Assembly (NCBI GenBank): GCA_034414775.1
Contig: DAOULX010000008.1
Location: 659-64,658 of the forward strand
DNA: 64,000 bases
Reading direction: 5' to 3'
From: Dehalococcoidales bacterium
Lineage (GTDB): Bacteria; Chloroflexota; Dehalococcoidia; Dehalococcoidales; RBG-16-60-22
Below the pieces are notes generated by a model. The model was not told where the DNA came from and did no database searches. It saw nothing but the letters and a program-made list of their open reading frames with translations. The first letter of the stretch is position 1; each line of letters opens with the position of its first letter. A program made the position numbers and the translations under genes. Of this stretch, positions 39,027 to 48,000 are shown one piece after another.

Positions 39027-39304
39027 GTATGAAAATTGAGGACAAGCTTTTCCTCGACCGTTTCAGGGTGGATACCGAAAGCCACCTTAAGATTATCGAC
39101 GGGGACAGGTGTCTCAAAGACTGCCGGGAGCAGCCGTGCCTCTATTTCTGCCCGGCCAATGTCTACCGGCTGGAGGGCGACCGTATCAGCGTCAACTACG
39201 AGGGCTGCCTGGAATGCGGCTCCTGCCGTATCGGCTGCCCCCATATGAACATCGATTGGCGCTTCCCGCGGGGCGGCTACGGCGTCAGCCATAAGTTCGG
39301 CTAA
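39023..39304 (+). CDS. fixX: FixX ferredoxin-like protein
   Basis: It contains CREQPCLYFCPANVY..CLECGSCRIGCP. I prefer the ATG at 39023, which overlaps the fixC stop (ATGA) and follows GGAGGG. The ORF-track start is 39008. Confidence 0.85.
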   Translation: MSMKIEDKLFLDRFRVDTESHLKIIDGDRCLKDCREQPCLYFCPANVYRLEGDRISVNYEGCLECGSCRIGCPHMNIDWRFPRGGYGVSHKFG

Positions 39305-39327
39305 CGAAATACAAGGGGGAAGGTCCC

Positions 39328-39567
39328 ATGGCCCGGGAAGTAAGGCAGATACGGATCGACCGGATACATCCCAACCGCCGCCTCGTTTTTCAAGAGGAGG
39401 TAATTCAAAGCCTTTGCAGCGATATCGAGGCGAACGGACTCCGGGAGCCGATTACCGTCGAGCTGACCGAATTCCGATTCGAGATCATCGACGGCGAAAA
39501 ACGCTGGCGGGCCTGTAAGAAGATAGGCTGGGAAAGGATCAACGCCGTGATTGTCGAGGAATGGTAG
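39328..39567 (+). CDS. ParB N-terminal (ParB/Srx-fold) domain-only protein, possibly a truncated gene
   Basis: 79 aa containing IRIDRIHPN and IIDGEKRWRACKKIGWERINAVIV (compare the GERRxRA box). It ends where full-length ParB proteins continue into their HTH, and hairpin repeats start about 30 nt later. Confidence 0.55.
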   Translation: MAREVRQIRIDRIHPNRRLVFQEEVIQSLCSDIEANGLREPITVELTEFRFEIIDGEKRWRACKKIGWERINAVIVEEW

Positions 39568-39627
39568 AGAAATGCCATGATTAGATGTCAAGGGCATAAA
39601 AAAGGGGAGGAGATTACCGCCCCCCTT

Positions 39628-39666
39628 CTGGATTCCCGCTTTCGCGGGAATGACGTCGGGAATGAC
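39628..39666. repeat. GC-rich hairpin repeat (GTCATTCCCGCGAAAGCGGGAATCCAG type) plus partial duplicate
   Basis: ctggattcccgctttcgcgggaatgac is followed by gtcgggaatgac. The same module occurs at 45909-45936 (ctggattccagctttcgctggaatgaca). Confidence 0.8.
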
Positions 39667-39677
39667 GTTGGGTTTTT

Positions 39678-40676
39678 TTACTTTTTCCTGTTCTTCAGCG
39701 CCTCCCGCTTGTCGATGCATTCCTTGACCGAGACGGCGATATCCTCGGCGCGGAGGCCGAAATGCACCTTGAGCTCGTCGATTTCCGGGGTGATTTTCCC
39801 GGACTGGCTGAACTCATCCTCGACGCCGACCTTGACGACAGGCGTGGGCAGGTTTTCAGCAAGGACGGCTGCCACCCCATCCCCCAGCCCGCCGATGATG
39901 CTGCCGTTCTCCGCCGTAACAACAGCACCGGTAGCCTCGGCGGCTGCGATAATGGCCTCCTCATCGAGCGGCTTGAGGGTACACATGTCCAGGATACCCA
40001 CGTCCAGACCGTCTTTCTCCAGAATATCGATCGACCGGATCGCCTCGGTCAGCATATAGCCGGTGGCGATGATAGTGGCATCTTGACCATCCTTAATGGC
40101 GAAAGCCTTGCCGATATCGAAGGGAAGATCCTCGGCGAATATTTTCATCGAAGGCGGACTCGACTCTTGCCGCAACAGCACCGGGCCGATATACTGTAAC
40201 ATGGCCTCGGCGGCCTTCTCCGCCTCGACGGCATCCGAGGGATTCATAATCACCAGATTAGGCAGTACCCGCGTACTGCCGATACCTTCGACGGTATTGT
40301 GAGAGATGCCCGTCTCACCCCAGACGCCTTCGCGCCCGATGAACTTCACGTTAAAGCGGTCGACCAGGATGCTCTGCCTTATCTGGTTGTACGCACGACC
40401 GACATCGGCGAAAAGGAAGCTATAGATGATGGGGATAAACCCTTCCGCGGCCAATCCACCCGCCACCGCTGCCCCGTTCTGCTCGGCGATGCCGCACTCT
40501 ATCATGCGCTCCGGCGCGTTCTCCTTGAACCACAGCAGGCCCGGGAAACCCATGTCCTCCAGGACGGCGAGAATGCGTTTATCTTTAGCTGCCGCCGCCG
40601 TGATCGCCTTTTCGATGCCCTGTGCCACTGGGCTGGGCTTGTCCTCTATCTGAACGTACTTGTTAAAGGTCGGCAT
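39678..40676 (-). CDS. transketolase, C-terminal (pyrimidine-binding) subunit
   Basis: 332 aa containing CGIAEQNGAAVAGGLAAEGFIPIIYSF. It overlaps the N-terminal subunit gene by 14 nt. Confidence 0.9.
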   Translation of the reverse strand: MPTFNKYVQIEDKPSPVAQGIEKAITAAAAKDKRILAVLEDMGFPGLLWFKENAPERMIECGIAEQNGAAVAGGLAAEGFIPIIYSFLFADVGRAYNQIRQSILVDRFNVKFIGREGVWGETGISHNTVEGIGSTRVLPNLVIMNPSDAVEAEKAAEAMLQYIGPVLLRQESSPPSMKIFAEDLPFDIGKAFAIKDGQDATIIATGYMLTEAIRSIDILEKDGLDVGILDMCTLKPLDEEAIIAAAEATGAVVTAENGSIIGGLGDGVAAVLAENLPTPVVKVGVEDEFSQSGKITPEIDELKVHFGLRAEDIAVSVKECIDKREALKNRKK

Positions 40677-41565
40677 ATTTTTCTCTCCCTTCCCGGATGC
40701 CCTTCATAATGACCTCACCCCGCCCCAGGTGAATGTGCTCGCGCTCCCAGGCCGGAACGCCGTGACCCTTTACGGTGTGGGCAATGATGCATTTGGGCCG
40801 GTAATCGCCGTAGAGCTTGTTGGTCAGGTCCAGGGTATCGAGGATCTGGCGGATGTCGTGGCCGTCGATCTCGGTGACCCACCAGCCGAAGGCCTTCCAC
40901 TTATCAACGAGGGGTTCTATGTTCATTATTTCATTGGTGGGGCCGTCCAGCGAGAACTTGTTGTAATCGACGATGGCAATCAGGTTATCCAGCTTGTACT
41001 TGGCGGCGAACATGGCGGCCTCCCAGACCATGCCTTCCTGGCACTCTCCATCGCCGAGTATGCAGTAAGAGCGGTAAAGGGGATCGAAGCGGACAACATA
41101 GCGCTGCTGGGATCTGCCCTGGCTGACGTTGATATCCGCGATGGCGGATTTCAGCTTCTCGGCGTAGGCCATCCCCACGGCAAAGGACAGACCCTGTCCC
41201 AGGGAGCCTCCTGAATAGTCGATACCCGGGGTGCACCAACGGTCGGCGTGGCCCTGGAACGGCGAGCGATAGCAATAATACGTCTTGAGGGTTTCTTTGG
41301 GGTAGACGTCCAGCTCCACCAGGGCGCCGTAAATGGCCTCGCAGCAGTGCGCCTTGGAGAGCACGACGCGGTCCCGCTCCGGCCAGTCGCAGTTTTTCGT
41401 GTCGAACTTGATGTGATGGAAATACAGGGCGGTGATAAGCTCGATGATGGACATCGTACCACCGCCGTGTCCCATCTGGGCGAACTCGAAGATATCAAAG
41501 CAGTTTTTTCGAACCAGGTTGGCCTTCTTTTCCAGGTCCCGGATCAGTTTATCATCATGCGCCAT
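40663..41565 (-). CDS. transketolase, N-terminal (ThDP-binding) subunit
   Basis: It contains MGHGGGTMSIIELITALYFH and ILGDGECQEGMVWEAAMFA. I prefer the start MAHDDKL at 41565; the ORF-track start is 41589. Confidence 0.9.
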   Translation of the reverse strand: MAHDDKLIRDLEKKANLVRKNCFDIFEFAQMGHGGGTMSIIELITALYFHHIKFDTKNCDWPERDRVVLSKAHCCEAIYGALVELDVYPKETLKTYYCYRSPFQGHADRWCTPGIDYSGGSLGQGLSFAVGMAYAEKLKSAIADINVSQGRSQQRYVVRFDPLYRSYCILGDGECQEGMVWEAAMFAAKYKLDNLIAIVDYNKFSLDGPTNEIMNIEPLVDKWKAFGWWVTEIDGHDIRQILDTLDLTNKLYGDYRPKCIIAHTVKGHGVPAWEREHIHLGRGEVIMKGIREGREKYADL

Positions 41566-41758
41566 ATTTTTGCCGCCCTTTCGTTTCAATATCGACTGTA
41601 TCCAGGGTGAGCTTGCTGCCGCAGCGCGGGCAGGCGTTGCCGTAGAACCCCAGCACCGTCTCCTCGGAGGGTATCGCCCGCATGTAGAGCCGGCGTTTTA
41701 TCTCCTCCCCGAAGTAGAGTAGCATGCGGCACTTCTTACAGTTGATCTTTTCGGTCAT
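41555..41758 (-). CDS. small zinc-ribbon protein (CxxC...CxxC)
   Basis: 67 aa with CKKC and CPRC pairs. Its stop overlaps the transketolase start (ATGGCGCATGA), which suggests translational coupling. Confidence 0.5.
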   Translation of the reverse strand: MTEKINCKKCRMLLYFGEEIKRRLYMRAIPSEETVLGFYGNACPRCGSKLTLDTVDIETKGRQKYGA

Positions 41759-41831
41759 CGTTACCTCGCTTTCTGTTATGGTTATTAGCTTTTAGCCATT
41801 AGCTGTTACTTTTCACCACCCCACCTTATAC

Positions 41832-41948
41832 CCTTTGTCATCCTGAGCACCCTTTGTCATCATGAGCGGAGCGAAGGATCTCGGGGCGTGGTGGATCCAA
41901 ACTCCCCACCCCGAGATTCTTCGGTCGCTACGCTCCCTCAGAATAACA
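41832..41948. repeat. inverted pair of TGTCATYCTGAG-type repeat modules
   Basis: tgtcatcctgagc (41836) and tgtcatcatgagcggagcgaaggatctcggggcgtggtgg (41856-41894) face ccccaccccgagattcttcggtcgctacgctccctcagaataaca (41904-41948). Confidence 0.8.
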
Positions 41949-41955
41949 TGGGCGT

Positions 41956-42969
41956 TTACGGCTTAATCAAAATCTTGATTGATTTGCCGGCTTTATGAAG
42001 CTCGAAGGCCTTCCGTATCTCGGCCAGGGGGACGATGTCCGTTATCAGAGGCTCGATCTCGAGCTTGGGCAGCATTTTCAGCGCTCGCGGGAACGAGTAC
42101 GGCGAGACGAAAGTGGAGGTAATAGTAAGCTCCTTGGCGTACATCAGGAACGGGGAAACGACGATCTCCACATCCTTACCGTACACGGCCGCCCAGAGTA
42201 TCGTAGCGCCGTTATCGGCCAGCGCGATGGCCTGTTTGGCGGCGTTCACATTGCCGCTGGCATCGATAACCGTATTAAAGCCGCGTCCGTCGGTCAGCTT
42301 CTTCCCGGCCTCTATGATGTCCTCGTTGAAGGGGTCCACCGCCACGTCCGCCCCGAGCTTTTTGGCCAGGGCGCGCTTTTCGGCGATCGGCTCGGACAGC
42401 AGCGTCCGTGCCGCGCCGGCATGAAGGGCCATCTCCAGGCAAAGCAGGCCGATGGGACCTCCCCCGCAGATAGCGACGGTGCTGCCGGTGCCGACGTTGG
42501 CCCGGTCAATAGCGTGTACGGCCACCGAGACCGGCTCGAGGAAGGAGCCGACCTCCATGCTGATATCATCTGGCAGCAGGTAGATGGCGCTCTCCGGATA
42601 GACAGCATATTCGGCAAAGGACCCGCTGGCATGTTCGCCACGCCGGCAGAAGTTCTCCATCCCGTTGCGGCAATAGTCACACGCCCCGCAGGAACTGCGG
42701 AAGTCCATGGCTACCCTCTGGCCGACCCGGTAATCTTTAATATTGCTGCCCGTGGCAGCAATTGTCCCCGAGGCTTCGTGGCCGAGTATCCTGGGCTGTT
42801 CATAGGCCTCCGGCGGCACCAGGCCGAAACGCCCCTCCAGGTTTTCAGGATCGGTGCCGCAGATTCCGCAATAGGCTATCTTGACCTTGATATCATTCGG
42901 CCCCATTTCCGGCTCAGGGACTTCTTCCATGTTGATGTTCCCGATGCCTCTCATGACCGCTGCTTTCAT
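41956..42969 (-). CDS. zinc-dependent alcohol dehydrogenase (MDR family, sorbitol/threonine dehydrogenase-like)
   Basis: It contains CGICGTD, GHEASG, the structural zinc site CGACDYCRNGMENFC and the nucleotide motif ICGGGPIG. Confidence 0.85.
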   Translation of the reverse strand: MKAAVMRGIGNINMEEVPEPEMGPNDIKVKIAYCGICGTDPENLEGRFGLVPPEAYEQPRILGHEASGTIAATGSNIKDYRVGQRVAMDFRSSCGACDYCRNGMENFCRRGEHASGSFAEYAVYPESAIYLLPDDISMEVGSFLEPVSVAVHAIDRANVGTGSTVAICGGGPIGLLCLEMALHAGAARTLLSEPIAEKRALAKKLGADVAVDPFNEDIIEAGKKLTDGRGFNTVIDASGNVNAAKQAIALADNGATILWAAVYGKDVEIVVSPFLMYAKELTITSTFVSPYSFPRALKMLPKLEIEPLITDIVPLAEIRKAFELHKAGKSIKILIKP

Positions 42970-43027
42970 AGCAGAATCCTCCTTCGTTACTTACGAGTTA
43001 ACAGCTTTAGTTTTAACCCCCAAATAA

Positions 43028-43492
43028 CTACTGCTTCATCTCGCGGAACTCGATAGCTATGCCCCCGGTGGGCGTCGGGTCCGAGTAGATAAAAGGGCCG
43101 CCCGCTGCGGCGCCCTTCGTCCAGATGCCGACTCCGTTGCTCTTAAAATTGGCGATTTCACCGTCAAGGTCATTGGTGACGAATCCGATGTGATGCAGGC
43201 CCTCACCGGTTTCATCCAGGGACTCCTTGAGGGCCTGGTCGCCCTCGGTTGGCTCCAAGAGCTCGAGTTCCACGTCGCCGAGGCGGACACTGCTGATGGT
43301 GGTCGTCCATTCGGCGGGCTTGCCGTGCAGCTCTCCCTGGAAAGAGACCGGGAACGCCTTTTGCCCCCTCGGCCCCTCGAACGGCCCGATCCCCAGGGTT
43401 TCCAGATATTCTATCGCCTTCTTGATGTCCTTGACGACAATCCCCACGTGGTGGAGCTTCCCGTAAGATCTCCGAAAGGTGTTATCCGCCAT
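43028..43492 (-). CDS. VOC (glyoxalase/bleomycin-resistance/dioxygenase) family protein, methylmalonyl-CoA-epimerase-like
   Basis: 154 aa containing LHHVGIVVKDIKKAIEYL and GLHHIGFVTND. Confidence 0.75.
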   Translation of the reverse strand: MADNTFRRSYGKLHHVGIVVKDIKKAIEYLETLGIGPFEGPRGQKAFPVSFQGELHGKPAEWTTTISSVRLGDVELELLEPTEGDQALKESLDETGEGLHHIGFVTNDLDGEIANFKSNGVGIWTKGAAAGGPFIYSDPTPTGGIAIEFREMKQ

Positions 43493-43576
43493 AGCGCCTC
43501 CCTTTACGTCTTAACTACGGGGAAAAAGATGCCACGACCAGTGTATCCGGGGTGCTGAATGTTGTCAAACCAGCGC

Positions 43577-44326
43577 CTACCCCCTCCCCAGGTACGGCTG
43601 TTGGCGAGGTAGCTGGACGAGCTCCAGAACGTTGACGCCAGACGGCTGGCAAGCCATATAGACGGCGGCGGCAGCAATCTCCTCCTGAGACATAGCGACG
43701 TCTTTACCCGAGCCACTGGAATCCGAGCCGCCGACTCCGCGTGGAACCCTCTCATCTTTCTGCACGTTACCCGGGTGGAGGATGCCGCAGTTGATATTGA
43801 AATCACGGCCTTCCAGGGCAGTGGTATGGGTCAGCCCGACGAGGCCGAACTTGGCGCTGCTGTAGGCGGCGTTGTTCTGGCGGACGCGGGAGGCGGAGAT
43901 ACTGCCGATATTAATGATGCGCCCGCCCCCCTGGGCTTTCATAATGCGAAAGGCATTGCGCGTGCAGATGAAGGCCGCCCGCAGACCGGTGTTGATTACG
44001 TTATCCCAGGCCTCGGTGGATAGCTGTTCGATGGGACCGCTGTCGAAGACTCCGGCGTTGTTGACCAGAATGTCCAGCCGGCCGAACCGTTCCATCGTTT
44101 TTCCAAAGAGGTTTTCGATTTGGGATTCCTCGCGCATATCCGTCGGGACGACCTCGGCCTCGGAGCCGGCTTCCCTGACGAAGGCAGCCGTTTTTTCCAG
44201 TCCTTCGGCCGTCCGTGCCGCGAGGACGAGCCTGGCACCCTCCCTGGCCAGGGCGATGGCGATGGCCTTACCAATGCTGCGGCTGGCACCGGTCACCAGG
44301 GCTACTTTACCTTCGAGCTTTTCCAC
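43577..44326 (-). CDS. short-chain dehydrogenase/reductase (SDR)
   Basis: It contains VALVTGASRSIGKA, NNAG and the catalytic YSSAK. Confidence 0.85.
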   Translation of the reverse strand: MEKLEGKVALVTGASRSIGKAIAIALAREGARLVLAARTAEGLEKTAAFVREAGSEAEVVPTDMREESQIENLFGKTMERFGRLDILVNNAGVFDSGPIEQLSTEAWDNVINTGLRAAFICTRNAFRIMKAQGGGRIINIGSISASRVRQNNAAYSSAKFGLVGLTHTTALEGRDFNINCGILHPGNVQKDERVPRGVGGSDSSGSGKDVAMSQEEIAAAAVYMACQPSGVNVLELVQLPRQQPYLGRG

Positions 44327-44401
44327 GGAACCTCCTTTGAAATATTACGTACTGGCCTGAGGACGTACGTGCTCCTTTTCTCAACTTCTCTTTTTTTATA
44401 A

Positions 44402-44800
44402 TCAAACCAAATTCCGCCATGCAAATATAATCAGGGCTATTCCAAAACCCAGTGTCCAGAAATTGATGAGTAATTCAAACCTCATCTCATTAGAGGTACG
44501 TAAAAAACGATACAGTTTATTTTGAATATTAAAAGTAACATCCATGAGCCCGAGAAATATCAGGGAACTCGCTGCGAGAAGTGTGAAGAAAAAACCAAAG
44601 GAGTGTCCTGCTAAAAGGATGATAGCACCGGCAAGAGCAACAGCGGCGGTCCAGAAATCGGCGACTGGAAACGCTTTCTGAAATTTCACATACCAGTCTT
44701 CATTTATGACTTGGACTCCTCCCTTAACGTAGAAATCAATCCAATAGTAGACCAGGCCCACTGCCGTTAAAATCAATAATATGGAAACCGTTGTAAGCAT
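44402..44800 (-). CDS. small integral membrane protein, unknown function (about 4 hydrophobic spans)
   Basis: 132 aa with hydrophobic segments (VSILLILTAVGLVYYW, AAVALAGAIILLAG, FFFTLLAASSLIFLGL, FWTLGFGIALIIFAW). It lies in an AT-rich patch and has no clear RBS. Confidence 0.5.
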   Translation of the reverse strand: MLTTVSILLILTAVGLVYYWIDFYVKGGVQVINEDWYVKFQKAFPVADFWTAAVALAGAIILLAGHSFGFFFTLLAASSLIFLGLMDVTFNIQNKLYRFLRTSNEMRFELLINFWTLGFGIALIIFAWRNLV

Positions 44801-45029
44801 AACAGCCCATGCTCTAGCATCTTCCGGCTAACCAGAATTACGTGTAATTTTCTTCGCTAAAGGATTATATAGGAGAAGCCAAAAAAACACAAAGAAGACG
44901 GGGGAAAGGATGCATAATAACAATAGTGCATTGCAGACCGAGTACTTCTGCGTAATCAGTCCGATCACCAAGAAAAGTGGTTTTATCCGACCCCCTTATG
45001 GATAATCGGGCAATACACCAAGCCTGAGG

Positions 45030-48000
45030 TTACCGGAAATCCTTCGAAGCCGGCACCTTGTCCAAAGCAGTAAACGGCTCCACCCGCGTGATGACGAGGT
45101 TGCAGGTCCCCTCCCGCCGGGTGAGACGCCCGCTGACCACCAGGAACGGCATCTTGAACTTGGGCTCGTGGCGCCCGTAGACCTTGGGGAAGACCATGCA
45201 GGGGATGTGCCCGAACTCGTCCTCCAGGGTGATGAAGGTCACCTTGCCCTGCGGCCGCTGCCGGCGGATGACCATCCCGGCCGTCGTCACCGGGGCGCCG
45301 TCCCCGAGCCGCGCAATGTCACGGCTGGTGCGCACTTCCGGCCCGAAACCGGGCCGCAGCCGGGACATGATGTGCCCGGCGGGAAAGAGGCTGAGGACGC
45401 TGTACTCTTCTTTCATGCGCTCCCACTCGCCGGGGGCCTCCAGCTCCACCAGGTCCTGCGCGACGGGCAGGGGAAGGGGCAGCTGGGAGTTGACCGGCCG
45501 GTAGCGCAGGCCGATCTCCCATTTGACCTTGCGGCGGTTCGACTCCAGGCCGTCGAAGGCCCCGGCGCCGGCCAGGTTGAGGGCGACCTCTTCCAGCACG
45601 CCGGTGCGCTCCAGGAAGTCCCCGATGCCGCGGAACTCGCCGTTTTCACGCGCCTTTTCGATGGCCTCGGCGGCGGCCCCACCCAGCCCCAGGACGTTGA
45701 GGAAACCCAGGCGCAGGGCGGCGTGAATAAATCCCTCTCTAGCTCTCCCCTTACGAAGGGGAGAGGATGGGCCTTCAAGCCCTTCTTTTGATTTAGCACC
45801 ATCTGTTTCCCTCCTTCGTAAGGAGGGATTAAGGGAGAATTCCTCAACTCTCCCCCTTCCGTAAAGGGGGATTAAGGGGGATTTTCCCCCTCCTCTCCCA
45901 ACATCCGACTGGATTCCAGCTTTCGCTGGAATGACACTAAACGAACTGTCATTCTGAGGGAGCGCCGCGACCGAAGAATCCCGGAGAGAGGCGGTACACT
46001 CCCCACCCCGAGATCCTTCGCGGAGTTTACCCTGAGTGTAGCCGAAGGGCTCAGGATGACAACTATGGAGCTCAGGATAACAAAAAAGGGAATCGGGATG
46101 ACATTCTTCTATAACGCACTTGGCCCGGCTCTTGTTTATATCCGGATTCAGCACCCGTATCCCGTGCCGTCGGGCGTCCTCCTTGAGTGTCTCCAGGTTA
46201 TAGAAGCCCATCGGCTGCTGGTTGAAGATGGCCACGAAGAACTCCAGCGGGTAATGGTACTTCATCCAGGCCGCCTGGTAGGCCGTCACCCCGAAGGCGA
46301 AGGCGTGCGATTCCGGGAACATGTACTGCCCGTTGAACTTCTTAAAGACCTTTTCGGCCGATGCCTCGTCGACGCCTTTTTCGGCGGCCCCGGCGAGGAA
46401 TTTTTGCCGGTAGTCCTCGATGAGCGCCTCGTTGTGCTTTCTGCCGAAGGCGCGGCGCAGCCGGTCCGCCTCGCTGGGCGAAAAGCCGGCCACGTCGATA
46501 GCGAGCTGGTTGACCTGGTCCTGAAAGAGGACGATGCCCAGGGTGCGCTCCAGGGCCCGCCGCTCCAGCGGGTGGTCGTAGGTGACTGGCTTGCGCCCGG
46601 TGCGCCGGGACAGGTACTCGTGCACGCCGTGGTTAACGCCCACCCCCGGCCGCACCGCCCCCACCTCGTGGGCCATGTCCAGCAGGTTGCGCGGCCGCAG
46701 CCGGGTGATGGTCTGCATCTGAGCGGCCGATTCCACCTGGAAGATGCCGATGGTGTCCCCACGGCAGAGCATGTCGTAGACGTCATTGTCCTCGAAGTCG
46801 ATGCGGGAGAGGTCGATGCGGCGGCCGGTGCGCTCTTTGATAAGGCCGACGGCCTCCTGCATCTGGGAAAGGGCCCCCAGGGCCAGGAAATCGATCTTGA
46901 CGAAACCGGCGTCATCGATGCTGTCCTTGTCCCACTGGCAGACGTAGCGGCCCTCGATGGCGCCCCGCTGCACCGGCACGATGTCGATGAGGGGGCTGGA
47001 CGAGAGAATCATGCCGCCGGGGTGCTGGCCCAGGTACTTGGGAAAGCCGTCCAGCTCGGCGGCGAGGGCAATCAGGTCCCGCCAGACCGGGGCGTCCGTC
47101 CGGTCCTTAAAAGCGGGTATCTTCTTCATCTTTTCTTCGAGCTTGCGGGCGCTGCCCCAGTCCACGTTTTTGGCAAGCTGGTCGACCTCCGGCTCCGGCA
47201 GGCCCAGCGCCTTACCGAGGTCGCGCACGGCCCCCTTGACCATGTAGGTATTGATGGTGCCGGTCAGGGCAGCGTGCCGCCAGCCCCATTTCTCGTGGGT
47301 GCGCAGGATGAGGTCCTCGCGGATGCTGCGGGGAAAATCGAGGTCGATGTCCGGCACGTTGGTCATGACGTCCTCGGGAAGGAACCTCTCCAGCGAGAGG
47401 CGGTACTGGAGGGGGTCGATGTGCGAGAGGCCGATGAGGTAGCCGACCAGCAGTGCCACCGAGGAGCCGCGCCCCCGCCCCGGCGGGGCCTCCTCGAGGG
47501 TCAGGGAGGGGTCGCTGAGCCCCTGCTCGATCATGACCTCCCGCCCCAGATTGATGACCTCGTGGTACATCAGCAGGAAGCCGGCCAGGTTATAGCGGTT
47601 AATCAGACGGAACTCCTCGTCGAGGCGAGCGCGCACGGCCGGGGTGACGGAGCCGTAGCGCCGCACGGCCGCCTCCGCGCAGAGCTTTTCCAGGTAGCTC
47701 TCCGGGGTGAAGCCTTCCGGCACGGGGTAGTCCGGAAAGGTGTAATCCAGGTTCCGCGTCAGGTCGAACGAGCACCTCCCGGCGATTTCCACGGTATTGG
47801 CCAGGGCCTCCGGGCAGTCGCGAAAGAGCTCCTCCATCTCCGAGATAGGCCGCAGGTAGAACTCGGAGTTGGGGCGCCTTTCCCGGTGCGTCTCCTCAAG
47901 ACTCTTGCACTCTTTAATGGCGACCAGACAGTCCTGGAGACGGTGGCGCTCGCGGACGTGGTAGTGGACGTTGCCGGTAGCGGCCACCCGGGCGCCGGTC

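Noticed and set aside
41995-43056. 353-aa ORF on the + strand
   Set aside because: It is antisense to the Zn-dependent alcohol dehydrogenase, whose motifs are unambiguous. This is a GC-rich shadow ORF.
45731-46103. Possible intein in dnaE2
   Set aside because: The insert has no Cys/Ser at an N-extein junction, no His-Asn terminal block and no homing-endonuclease motifs. It is made of the same hairpin repeats seen between genes.
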